DNA of 64,000 nt. Source: Thermoproteota archaeon (lineage in GTDB: Archaea; Thermoproteota; EX4484-205; JAAOZP01). The translations under genes and the position numbers were made by a program. Position 1 is the first letter of the stretch, and each line of letters opens with the position of its first letter. Location: the NCBI GenBank assembly GCA_049700215.1, contig JBNAVT010000001.1, positions 17,744-81,743 on the forward strand. The letters run 5' to 3'. The notes beneath the pieces were generated by a model. It searched no databases. It was not told the DNA's origin and saw only the letters and a list, made by a program, of their open reading frames with translations. Positions 9,512 through 17,748 of this stretch are shown here, piece by piece.

Positions 9512-10084
9512 ATGGTTAAGCATGCTCTGAGGAGCCTGCTTTTAACAGTATTCTTCTCAGCATTCCTCGCGCTTCTCCCGCCCTGTTTAAGCCACCCGTT
9601 CAACAGGCCCACAGCCTTGGGGTCGCCTTCATCATACTCCTGGAGCAGCCTGAGCACGAATACCGTGACGATAACCTACTCTATCAGCGAGGAAGCGTGG
9701 TGCGGCGGGACAGGCTACCTCCACATTGACGCTAGACCCGGCCAGGGAACCTACGGCGACACTAAAGACGCTACTGCAAGGATAACAGTGCCGGAGGGCC
9801 TCGTAGCAGGAGTTTACGTTTGCGGCGATGACCGCAACCCTCCTCCAAACGGCTGGACGGTTCAGGATAAGTATCTCAGGATTGAGGTCGACGGGGCTAA
9901 GGTTTTCGAGCTCGGTAAGGAGTACTGGTGGGCGAAATGCTACTCTAAGGCCACTGTTCTAGGCCCAGGTACGCACGAGGTTAAGCTGACCATAGGCATC
10001 ACTGTTAAGGTTTCCTCGAACTACGAGGAGCGCGACATAGCCTACGCTGCGATGGATATCAGGCTAGCGCGCGCTATCCTTTAA
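9512..10084 (+). CDS. secreted hypothetical protein
   Basis: Start at MVKHALRSLLLTVFFSAFLALLPPCLS (signal peptide). The mature part is rich in beta-strand-like segments and has no known motif. Confidence 0.55.
   Translation: MVKHALRSLLLTVFFSAFLALLPPCLSHPFNRPTALGSPSSYSWSSLSTNTVTITYSISEEAWCGGTGYLHIDARPGQGTYGDTKDATARITVPEGLVAGVYVCGDDRNPPPNGWTVQDKYLRIEVDGAKVFELGKEYWWAKCYSKATVLGPGTHEVKLTIGITVKVSSNYEERDIAYAAMDIRLARAIL
10065..10076. repeat. GCGC-core palindrome copy (tagcgcgcgcta, perfect)
   Basis: Overlaps the last codons of the 9512..10084 ORF. The identical 12-mer recurs at 35819..35830. Confidence 0.7.
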
Positions 10085-10268
10085 GGGAAAGTACTTCGCC
10101 GATGATGAATGGAAAGATCAGTTTAAGGACGTTAGATATGGAATTCCTGTTGCCACTTTCATTAAAGTTGATGCTTTACCGAAGGCTTTGGCAGAGAAGA
10201 ATTTGGAAGGGATCATCGATGTTGCAGTAGATCCCGACTTTTATGAAAATCCCAACTATCAGCCATGA
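10068..10268 (+). pseudogene. start-less 3' gene fragment
   Basis: 66-codon open frame ...GKYFADDEWKDQFKDVRYGIPVATFIKVDALPKALAEKNLEGIIDVAVDPDFYENPNYQP*. It has no ATG/GTG/TTG start and begins inside the palindrome. Confidence 0.3.
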
Positions 10269-10426
10269 TCACTTGGAGAATAAAGCACCCATCCTCTTCT
10301 CCTTAATTTCTTCTCTTCCTTTCGTGAAAGAAAGATGTAGTTTATTGTGTGATTTGGATGGAAAGAATAGTATTGATATCCAGTATCCTCTACCCACCTA
10401 TTTATTTTCTTCACGGCCGAATCAAG

Positions 10427-10546
10427 GTTAAGAAAGTTGTGAAAAGTATAAATTTCAATAACATGCCCTTCACCCTTAAACTTAAAATGTACCTCGAAGC
10501 AATAACCCCACTTCTCTTCGGGCTTCAAGCTCGGGGGGATCTAATC
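10427..10546 (+). repeat. 120-bp dispersed repeat, copy A
   Basis: Near-identical to the reverse complement of 43121..43241. The only differences are a 1-nt and a 2-nt indel near one end. Confidence 0.9.
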
Positions 10547-10965
10547 CAGTAGGAGCCTTCCCTTTCCACTCTAACATTTTCTCAACTACATTAGTAGGCT
10601 GGAAGAAACCCCTAGAGATTCTACCAAGCTTCTTAACTAAGCCCGCTCCAACGCCTTCTTCTATTACGATATCCCAAATTTGGACGAGGACTCTTCGGAT
10701 CAAAGCAGGCTAATTCGTAATCTATCTCAGCGATCTTCTTTTTCATATACCTTGCCTCATGCTTCTTTATACGTTTTTTCAAAAGGGCACCCTGAGGGGT
10801 GTCCCATAACCTATCTTCCCAGTTCACTGCATAATCTATTTCTCCATTGAAAATCTTCTTAAGGATTTCTTCAGAGTTTAAATCAGAGTAGTCTTTGAAG
10901 AAATCCATCTCGCGAAGGAAATCGATTGAGCTTATGAAGCGTTTCTTTAGCTTAGAGTTCATCAC
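10482..10965 (-). pseudogene. frameshifted hypothetical gene
   Basis: Two overlapping minus-strand ORFs (10633..10965 and 10482..10703) read as one protein if a 1-nt shift near 10690-10700 is corrected. The C-terminus runs into repeat copy A. No family recognised. Confidence 0.3.
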
Positions 10966-11056
10966 GTAAAAAATTGTTGAGTAGGTTCTTAAGCATAACT
11001 GTCTGCACTATTACTTCCATCTCAATAAAGCAATTGCGGTAGTAGAAGTTAAGAAG

Positions 11057-11151
11057 CGGGCCCGCTGGGATTTGAACCCAGGCTCTCCGGCTCCGCAGGC
11101 ATGCGCAAGGCTATCCTTTCGACGCCTTTATCCTGGCTTGGCCACGGGCCC
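11057..11151 (-). tRNA. tRNA-Arg(GCG) with a 19-nt intron at non-canonical position 29/30
   Basis: Acceptor GGGCCCG/CGGGCCC, D-loop AGCCAGGATA, T-arm CTGGG-TTCAAAT-CCCAG. Removing 11101..11119 (AAAGGATAGCCTTGCGCAT) gives the anticodon arm TCGGC-CTGCGGA-GCCGG. The intron folds as a BHB: GCGT/GCGC central helix, CG|A and AT|G bulges, AAGG/CCTT inner helix. Confidence 0.75.
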
Positions 11152-11175
11152 TTTAAAATTCTGGCTGCAGGGGCT

Positions 11176-11183
11176 TATTTAAA
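11176..11183 (-). promoter_or_regulatory. TATA box for tRNA-Arg, overlapping the argS stop codon
   Basis: The minus strand reads TTTAAATA, ending 25 nt upstream of tRNA position +1. The argS TAA lies inside it. Confidence 0.5.
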
Positions 11184-13077
11184 CTTCATTCAGCTTCTCA
11201 ATACCTGCTATTTCAAACGCGTTGTCCATGGTTATCACGAAGGCTTTAACCAGCGCCAGCCTGTCCATTCTAATGCCCTCGCCCGTTATCACGGAGCATT
11301 TCTCGTAGAAGCTGTTGAACACGTCTGCTAGATGCCTCATGTATACTGCGATAATGTTCAGCGCCAGTGTTTCACTAGCCATGTTTAAAACCCATGAGAA
11401 TTTGCCTATCTGCTTAACCAGCTCCAGTTCTTCAGGAGTGTTGAAGGAGGCCTCGGTCAAACTGTTCACGTCGACACCCGCTTTCTCAAGTATTCTGCAT
11501 CCCCGCGCGTAAGTGTATTGAAGGTAGGGGGCAGTGTCACCCTCCAGCCTTGTGGCGTCCTTCACGTCGAAAACTATTATGTTGTTCCTGTCAGTCTTGA
11601 AAAGAGAGTATCTTATGGATGCGACGCTCAGATGAGTGCTAACGCTCCTAACCCACTCCTCATCCCTAGAAGGGTTTCTCCTCCGAGTCTCCTCGTAAAC
11701 CTTCTGGAACACCGTCTTAAGAAGCTCGTTGGCGTTGAAGACTATTCCCTTCCTACCGGACATGTGGACCATTCTCCTCCCCTTTAACTCCTCGACCCCC
11801 GTCAGCTCGCTCGCCGTCTCCCCAGAGAGGGCAACGACCTCATAGAGATACGGAAGATACTTTTTCCCAGAGGGGGCTCCAAGCTTCCTAAGAGCGTGCT
11901 CAACCACTTTCTGCGGGTACTCCTGCCTCTTGTCGACAACCGTTATTGCTACGTCCGCCCCAGGGTAATCATACTCCTCCCCGTCCCAATGTGTTGTTAA
12001 AAGAATCCTCCCGTTCGGCTGCTCAATCCACTTCTTCACTCTGAACCTTTTCGGCGTTAAGCCGAGCTTCCAGGCCGCGTAAGCAATATCCTTTCCAACG
12101 TAGGTGGCTGTGCCGTCTGACCTGACGAGAACCTCGTCGGGTGCCTTAAGCCTGCTAAACTCCTCAATATCCCTGAGCCTGATCATTAGACACCCCTTGT
12201 TCTCACCCTCCTTCTCCAAGTAGGCTTCACCCCTGCTTCTCAACTCGTTCACAGCCCACTCGAATATCCCTGACCTCAAAACATCCGTCTCCCAGTTAAG
12301 CAGATCATAATATATTCTGAAGCTCCAGGCTGTTTCAAGCTGGCATTCAACAACCTTCTCCGAGAACATTCTTGCGAAGCCAGCCACCTCGTTCCCACCC
12401 TCCTCAATCCTCCTTATTATCTCGCTCCTCAGCCTCCTCAGCTCCTCGTCCTTCTGGATCTTCTCACTATGCTCGGCGTAAACCCTACCGCTGTACTCGT
12501 CGAACCCCATGCCCTCCGGGGGCTCCAAAGGAACTTTCATAAAGTAGTGGGCAAGAATGTTATCAGCAACCTGTGAACCACTGTCGTCAATATAGTTGAC
12601 AACCATTACCTCGTGGCCCAGGAACCTTAGAAGCCTCGCCAAAACGTCTCCGATGACGGCGTTCCTCAGCGTTCCAACGTGCAGAGCCTTATTCGGGTTC
12701 GAATTAGTATGCTCTATAAGTATTTTCCTCCCGGCGACAGGAAACCTCCCGTAATCGCCGCGTTTGGAAAGAGCCTCGTTCAACACTCTGACGGAGTACT
12801 TCACGGGGTCGAAGCGGAAATTAATGAAGCCGTTCACGTTTTCAACATTCTTCAAAACCTCCAGCTTGCTGACGTCTATGGCTGCTATTATCCTGTCAGC
12901 GGCCTCTAAAGGGTTTAAACCGTGTTTCCTAGCTAGGTCGAAGGCTACGGGGGTCGCTAGGTCTCCGAGCTCGGGGCTAGGTGGCTCCTCAATCCTCGCC
13001 CTAGTGATAAACCCCAGTGTCTCCAACACTTGGTCCACGTGAACCCTTATCCTTTCAGCCTCCTCCAGAAACCCCAT
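11179..13077 (-). CDS. argS: arginyl-tRNA synthetase
   Basis: 632 aa. Class I HIGH-region NSNPNKALHVGTLRNAVIGD and KMSKS-like VHMSGRKG. Confidence 0.95.
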   Translation of the reverse strand: MGFLEEAERIRVHVDQVLETLGFITRARIEEPPSPELGDLATPVAFDLARKHGLNPLEAADRIIAAIDVSKLEVLKNVENVNGFINFRFDPVKYSVRVLNEALSKRGDYGRFPVAGRKILIEHTNSNPNKALHVGTLRNAVIGDVLARLLRFLGHEVMVVNYIDDSGSQVADNILAHYFMKVPLEPPEGMGFDEYSGRVYAEHSEKIQKDEELRRLRSEIIRRIEEGGNEVAGFARMFSEKVVECQLETAWSFRIYYDLLNWETDVLRSGIFEWAVNELRSRGEAYLEKEGENKGCLMIRLRDIEEFSRLKAPDEVLVRSDGTATYVGKDIAYAAWKLGLTPKRFRVKKWIEQPNGRILLTTHWDGEEYDYPGADVAITVVDKRQEYPQKVVEHALRKLGAPSGKKYLPYLYEVVALSGETASELTGVEELKGRRMVHMSGRKGIVFNANELLKTVFQKVYEETRRRNPSRDEEWVRSVSTHLSVASIRYSLFKTDRNNIIVFDVKDATRLEGDTAPYLQYTYARGCRILEKAGVDVNSLTEASFNTPEELELVKQIGKFSWVLNMASETLALNIIAVYMRHLADVFNSFYEKCSVITGEGIRMDRLALVKAFVITMDNAFEIAGIEKLNEV

Positions 13078-13136
13078 TCTGCAGACGGTTTTGGAAGCAT
13101 AACAGGGTTAATAAGTATTAAAGGGGGATAAACCGG

Positions 13137-13664
13137 CTACTGGCCTTTCAGCCTTTCCCTCAGCCTCCACTTGGAGGCCAGCCTCTCAAAATCCTTCTTG
13201 AAAGCCCTTCTGAGATAGGGCACGTAGAATTCTATTTCTTCCCGCGTCATGTATTGAAACTGGTACTCGCCCTCGTAGGGAGAAGGCTCTCCAGCTCTCG
13301 TTATGAACTCTATGTGCATAAAGGGCTCTCCCTTTCTGACAACCACCGGCTCCCTCTCGTTGTTCAGGTTCACGATCTCCAGTGCAAGCCTTCCGATAAA
13401 CCCGCTGTGAACCTTGGCTGCGTTTAAAAAGGACAGGCCTGCTCTCCCGTAACGGCTTTTAGCAGTAAGGTGCGCGACAATGTTCGGCGGTGTGAAAACT
13501 ATCTCGTTAGAAATAACGTTCTTATGCTCCAAGTATTGAAGCTTAACATCGTCCATCACCGTCAAAACATACCCGTCTCCATCCATGTACTTCTCGTCGA
13601 ACGGGTGTATTATCGGTAGTTTCTTCACCATCTTCAGCAGCTCGCTTTTCCCCAGTATGCTCAT
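13137..13664 (-). CDS. dcd: dCTP deaminase / dUTPase-fold protein
   Basis: SRYGRAGLSF...SGFIGRLALEIVNL...PYEGEYQFQ pattern of the Dcd family. Confidence 0.7.
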   Translation of the reverse strand: MSILGKSELLKMVKKLPIIHPFDEKYMDGDGYVLTVMDDVKLQYLEHKNVISNEIVFTPPNIVAHLTAKSRYGRAGLSFLNAAKVHSGFIGRLALEIVNLNNEREPVVVRKGEPFMHIEFITRAGEPSPYEGEYQFQYMTREEIEFYVPYLRRAFKKDFERLASKWRLRERLKGQ

Positions 13665-13685
13665 CGGCCTCTATGCTCCGGGGCA

Positions 13686-14582
13686 CTAATATAAATTTTC
13701 AAGGAGCCGTTTTAACGCTCTAACCCTGTTTTCAACCTCGCTAATGCTGAAGTCGAAGAATGATCCTGTTTTCTCAGCCTTTATGCTTGAGCAGGCTGAC
13801 GCGTAGAGGCTTGACTCTAACAGGCTTCCTGTTTCGAGATGCTTCGCCAGGAAAACAGCCGCGTAAACGTCCCCTGCCCCAGTCGGGTCAAGCGTCTCCA
13901 CCTCAACAATAGGCGTGTAGAAGCATCCCTGCTTGTAAACAATCATGGAGCCGTGTTCAGAGTTAGTCAGCTCAACAATCATGCCCGGGTTGATTTCGAA
14001 AAGCTCCTTAACGTCGCGATTCAGAAAGAAAAACTGCTCGTCAACATTCATGTGAACATAATCCACCCTGCTGAGAACATTATCCGGGAGCATTCTCTTA
14101 ACATGGTGAACACGCCCGTCGACACCGCTGGTCCTGATGAACCCCTGTGCGTCGATAGAGATTCTGCAGCCTGCTTCCTCAAGCTCCTTGAAAACCCCGT
14201 GGTCAACCTCGTTTAAAACAGGCGTAACGTGTACAGCGTCAAAGCCCTCGAGCCTACTCCTGTCGACAAATATCCTTCTAGAAGGCTCGCCGGAGGTCTT
14301 CTGGAGCCTAGTGGAATCCCGGTAAATGTTTTCAAAAAGAATGCTTTTCTCAAGCTCTGTGGCGTGGACCTCAACCCCCCTCCGCTTCAGATGCTCCACC
14401 CACTCCGGGTTCATATCGGGCCCGTAGGCTGTGAAAAGAACTGTTTCAACACTCATTCGGGAGAGGCTGAGCGAAGAGTAGAATCCTCCCCCACCCATGT
14501 AACTGTAGGCTCCGCCACGGCTCCTGTTAACGTCTATCGTTAAAGCACCTATCACGCCTATTCTGAGACGCCTCCTGGACAT
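13686..14582 (-). CDS. PfkB-family carbohydrate/nucleoside kinase
   Basis: C-terminal PfkB signature DPTGAGDVYAAVFLA and a ribokinase-like N-terminus. Confidence 0.8.
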   Translation of the reverse strand: MSRRRLRIGVIGALTIDVNRSRGGAYSYMGGGGFYSSLSLSRMSVETVLFTAYGPDMNPEWVEHLKRRGVEVHATELEKSILFENIYRDSTRLQKTSGEPSRRIFVDRSRLEGFDAVHVTPVLNEVDHGVFKELEEAGCRISIDAQGFIRTSGVDGRVHHVKRMLPDNVLSRVDYVHMNVDEQFFFLNRDVKELFEINPGMIVELTNSEHGSMIVYKQGCFYTPIVEVETLDPTGAGDVYAAVFLAKHLETGSLLESSLYASACSSIKAEKTGSFFDFSISEVENRVRALKRLLENLY

Positions 14583-14754
14583 TTAGACGCAGAATCAGAC
14601 TAAGCCCCCTATTTAACCACTATCGGGACAATGGGTCTTACTAAAAACTTAAAAACCTGTTTGCCGAAAAACAATGGTTAAACGTTTTCTGCTCCTAGAG
14701 CCTAGGGTTAGGGCAAAGTGTATAAGGCAGTGTTCTCAACTTTTCCCGAGGCTG

Positions 14755-15330
14755 ATGAGAATGGTGAAAACAAGTAGGATTGTTGAAATAAGGTGGCACG
14801 GCAGGGGAGGCCAGGGTGTTGTGCTTGCAAACCAGCTCGTAGGCATGGCTCTCTTCGAAGAGGGGAAAAACATTCAGACTTTCCCGGACTTCGGCCCAGA
14901 GAGGACAGGTGGTCCAGTAAGGGGTTACACACGCTTCTCAGAGGAGCCCATAGATATACATTCCTCAGTATACGAGCCCGACATATTGGCAGTGATAGAC
15001 CCCTACTTGGCTGAGGACCCGAGCGTCTACGCCGGCCTCAAACCGGAGGGTGTTGCAGTGGTTAACTCCGCTAAAACCCCGGGAGCCCTCAGGGGGAAGC
15101 TGGGTTTAAACGTTAAGACTCTCGGCGTCGTAGACGCAGCCAGGATCTCGAAGGAGGTCTTCGGAACCTATGTTTTCAACACGCCTGTCCTAGGGGGACT
15201 GGTGAGGCTCACAGGCATAGTCAGGCTTGAGACGCTTGAAAAACTGTTTTTAAGCAGGTTCCCAGGCAGAGTTGGGGAGCTTAACGTGAAAATGCTTAAG
15301 AGGGGATATGAGGAGGTGGCGGCCCAATGA
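14755..15330 (+). CDS. porG: 2-oxoacid (pyruvate/ketoisovalerate):ferredoxin oxidoreductase gamma subunit
   Basis: EIRWHGRGGQGVV motif. First gene of a gamma-delta-alpha-beta cluster. Start at 14755 or 14761. Confidence 0.85.
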   Translation: MRMVKTSRIVEIRWHGRGGQGVVLANQLVGMALFEEGKNIQTFPDFGPERTGGPVRGYTRFSEEPIDIHSSVYEPDILAVIDPYLAEDPSVYAGLKPEGVAVVNSAKTPGALRGKLGLNVKTLGVVDAARISKEVFGTYVFNTPVLGGLVRLTGIVRLETLEKLFLSRFPGRVGELNVKMLKRGYEEVAAQ

Positions 15331-15605
15331 GCACGACCGTAAGCTGGAGGGAGATAGATCTGGGTGGAAGCGTAGCCGGCGGGACGAGTGAGAAGTATAA
15401 GACGGGTAACTGGAGGGTTGAGAAACCCGTTATAGACTACGAGAAGTGCGTCAGATGCCTGATATGCTGGCTCTACTGCCCTGAGCCCGCGATAATCAGG
15501 AACGGGAACGAGGTTAAAATAGACTATGACTATTGCAAGGGCTGCGGCATATGTGCAGAGGAGTGTCCGAGGAAGGCGATAACGATGGTTCCGGAGGAGA
15601 TTTAG
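15327..15605 (+). CDS. porD: oxidoreductase delta subunit (2x[4Fe-4S] ferredoxin)
   Basis: CVRCLICWLYCPE and CKGCGICAEECP. Overlaps the gamma stop. Confidence 0.9.
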   Translation: MSTTVSWREIDLGGSVAGGTSEKYKTGNWRVEKPVIDYEKCVRCLICWLYCPEPAIIRNGNEVKIDYDYCKGCGICAEECPRKAITMVPEEI

Positions 15606-15606
15606 G

Positions 15607-16803
15607 ATGATGGCTGAAGCTTTAGCAAGGCAGCACAGGATCGCGCTGACCGGGAACGACGCTGTGGCCTACGCTGTTAAACAGGCTAACGTCGACGTGA
15701 TAAGCGCATACCCGATAACTCCACAGACATTCGTCGTCGAGACGCTTTCGAGATACGTTTACGACGGCGAGTTGAACGCCAAGTTCATAAACGTGGAGTC
15801 TGAGCACTCAGCCCTCTCCGCGGTGATAGGGGCCTCGCTAGCCGGGGCGAGAGCATTCACGGCGACAGCAAGCCAGGGCCTCGCCTACATGTGGGAGGCG
15901 CTCTACGCGGCTTCAGGATTAAGGCTGCCGATAGTCATGGCTTTAGCGGCAAGAGCATTATCCGCACCAATAAATATTCACAACGATCATTCAGACTTCT
16001 TCGGAATGAGGGACGCGGGCTGGGTAATGTTCAACGGCGAGGAGGCGCAGGAGACCTACGACCTCACAATCATGGCTTTCAAAATCGTTGAAGACCCTAG
16101 AGTACTCCTGCCGGTAGTGGTCTCGTACGACGGCTTCATAGTGTCACACGCGATAACAAACTTCTACGCTTTAAACGACGACGTTGTCAAGGAATTTCTG
16201 GGAGTGAGAACAACCGGGCCCAAGATAAACCCGGACGACCCGAGAACCTTCGGCGTCCTAGCTTTGCAAGACTCCTACTACGAGTTTAAAAGGCAACAGT
16301 ATGAGGCGATGGAGAACGCTAGGCAAGTAATACAGGAAGTGTTTAAAAAATACGGGGAGATTTCTGGGAGAAACTACAAGCCCCTGAAAGAATACATGAC
16401 GAGCGACGCGGAAACCTGCATAGTCGCGATGGGAAGCACCGTGGGAACAGCAAGACACGCAGCCAAGATGCTGAGGGAAGAAGGCGAGAAAGTAGGCGTC
16501 GTAGGAATACTACAATACAGACCATGGCCGATTAAGGAGGCTGAACAACTATTCTCAAGGTTCAAAAGGATAATAATCATGGAGAAGGTTATGAGCCCAG
16601 GAGCAAGAGCAGGGCCTGTCTACGAGGACATCGCTTCAACACTATACCCCAACCACAACGTTAAAATGGTGGACTTCACATACGGCCTTGGTGGAAGAGA
16701 CATCTCGACGCAAGGGATCATTGAGATATACAGGAGGGGGAAGGAGCTTATCGACAAGGGTAAGACGGACAGAACCCAGTTCTACGGGGTGAGGGGAGAA
16801 TGA
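15607..16803 (+). CDS. porA: oxidoreductase alpha subunit
   Basis: GNDAVAYAV...SAYPITPQT N-terminus typical of POR/VOR alpha. Confidence 0.9.
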   Translation: MMAEALARQHRIALTGNDAVAYAVKQANVDVISAYPITPQTFVVETLSRYVYDGELNAKFINVESEHSALSAVIGASLAGARAFTATASQGLAYMWEALYAASGLRLPIVMALAARALSAPINIHNDHSDFFGMRDAGWVMFNGEEAQETYDLTIMAFKIVEDPRVLLPVVVSYDGFIVSHAITNFYALNDDVVKEFLGVRTTGPKINPDDPRTFGVLALQDSYYEFKRQQYEAMENARQVIQEVFKKYGEISGRNYKPLKEYMTSDAETCIVAMGSTVGTARHAAKMLREEGEKVGVVGILQYRPWPIKEAEQLFSRFKRIIIMEKVMSPGARAGPVYEDIASTLYPNHNVKMVDFTYGLGGRDISTQGIIEIYRRGKELIDKGKTDRTQFYGVRGE

Positions 16804-17747
16804 GCAAGCTGGAACCAATATCCAAAATATCCGACCTCCCTGAGGAATCTAGATTCAGACCGGGGCACAGGCTGTGCGCAGGATGCGGGCCGGCAATAAC
16901 CGCTAAACTCATAACGCTCGCAGCTCCCGAGGCAATAATCGTCAACGCGACGGGCTGCGTAGAAGTCGGGACAACAATCTACCCGTACTCAGCATGGAAA
17001 ACACCATGGGTCCACGTACTCTTCCAGAACAACGCACCAGTCGCCTCAGGCATAGCAGCGGCGCTTGAAAAACTCTCAGTGGAAGGAAGAGCAAGAAAAG
17101 TACCGGTCATAGCACTAGGAGGAGACGGCGCAACATTCGACATAGGACTCGGAGCGATCTCGGGAGCACTAGAAAGGTTAGACAAATTTATATATATATG
17201 TTATGACAATTTTGCATATATGAATACTGGGATCCAACGGTCAGGAGCTACTCCTTTGGGCGTTGCGACGACGACTAGTCCTGCTGGCAGTGTGATTCCG
17301 GGTAAGCAGGAGAACAAGAAGGATTTGATTGGGATTGTTGCTTCTCATCATATCCCTTATGCTGCTACCGCAACCATTTGGCTTTGGCGCGACATGGTTA
17401 ATAAGATTAGGAAGGCTGTTAACTATAGTGAGCAGGGCCCAGCGTTTCTGCACATTCTTGCTCCATGCCAGTTCGGCTGGCGTTACGAGCCGCGTTTGAC
17501 GGTTAAGGTTTCGAGGATGGCTGTTGAAACAAGGCTGTTCCCGGTTTACGAGGTTGAGGATGGTCAGCTCAGGATTAACTATAGGGTCGCTAAGCCTACT
17601 CCGGTTGAGGAGTATCTTAAGATCCAGAGGTGGACAAGGCACCTTTTGGATCCTAAGAACGCTGAGACTTTGCAGAGGCTTAAGGCTTGGATTGAGTGGA
17701 ACTGGCTGCGCTTGGAGAACCTGGAGAAGGCTGGTAAAGTATTCTAG
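16800..17747 (+). CDS. porB: oxidoreductase beta subunit (TPP-binding)
   Basis: CAGCG, GGDGATFDIGLGA, YDNFAYMNTG. Confidence 0.9.
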   Translation: MSKLEPISKISDLPEESRFRPGHRLCAGCGPAITAKLITLAAPEAIIVNATGCVEVGTTIYPYSAWKTPWVHVLFQNNAPVASGIAAALEKLSVEGRARKVPVIALGGDGATFDIGLGAISGALERLDKFIYICYDNFAYMNTGIQRSGATPLGVATTTSPAGSVIPGKQENKKDLIGIVASHHIPYAATATIWLWRDMVNKIRKAVNYSEQGPAFLHILAPCQFGWRYEPRLTVKVSRMAVETRLFPVYEVEDGQLRINYRVAKPTPVEEYLKIQRWTRHLLDPKNAETLQRLKAWIEWNWLRLENLEKAGKVF

Positions 17748-17748
17748 G

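Noticed and set aside
10243-10552. Track ORFs 10243..10431(+), 10349..10552(+) and 10259..10528(-) as real genes.
   Set aside because: They are mutually overlapping and lie in an AT-rich decayed stretch. One is created by the 120-bp repeat. No motif or start context supports any of them.
11057-11151. Alternative reading of the tRNA as intron-less class II tRNA or as tRNA-Ser(CGA) using helix AAGGC/GCCTT.
   Set aside because: That fold destroys the D-arm and leaves a 12-nt loop or a 5-nt intron. The Arg(GCG) solution gives a complete cloverleaf and a proper BHB.
17186-17215. (TA)n-rich stretch aaatttatatatatatgttatgac as a promoter or regulatory element.
   Set aside because: It lies inside porB and encodes the conserved KFIYICYDNFAYMNTG TPP-domain segment.
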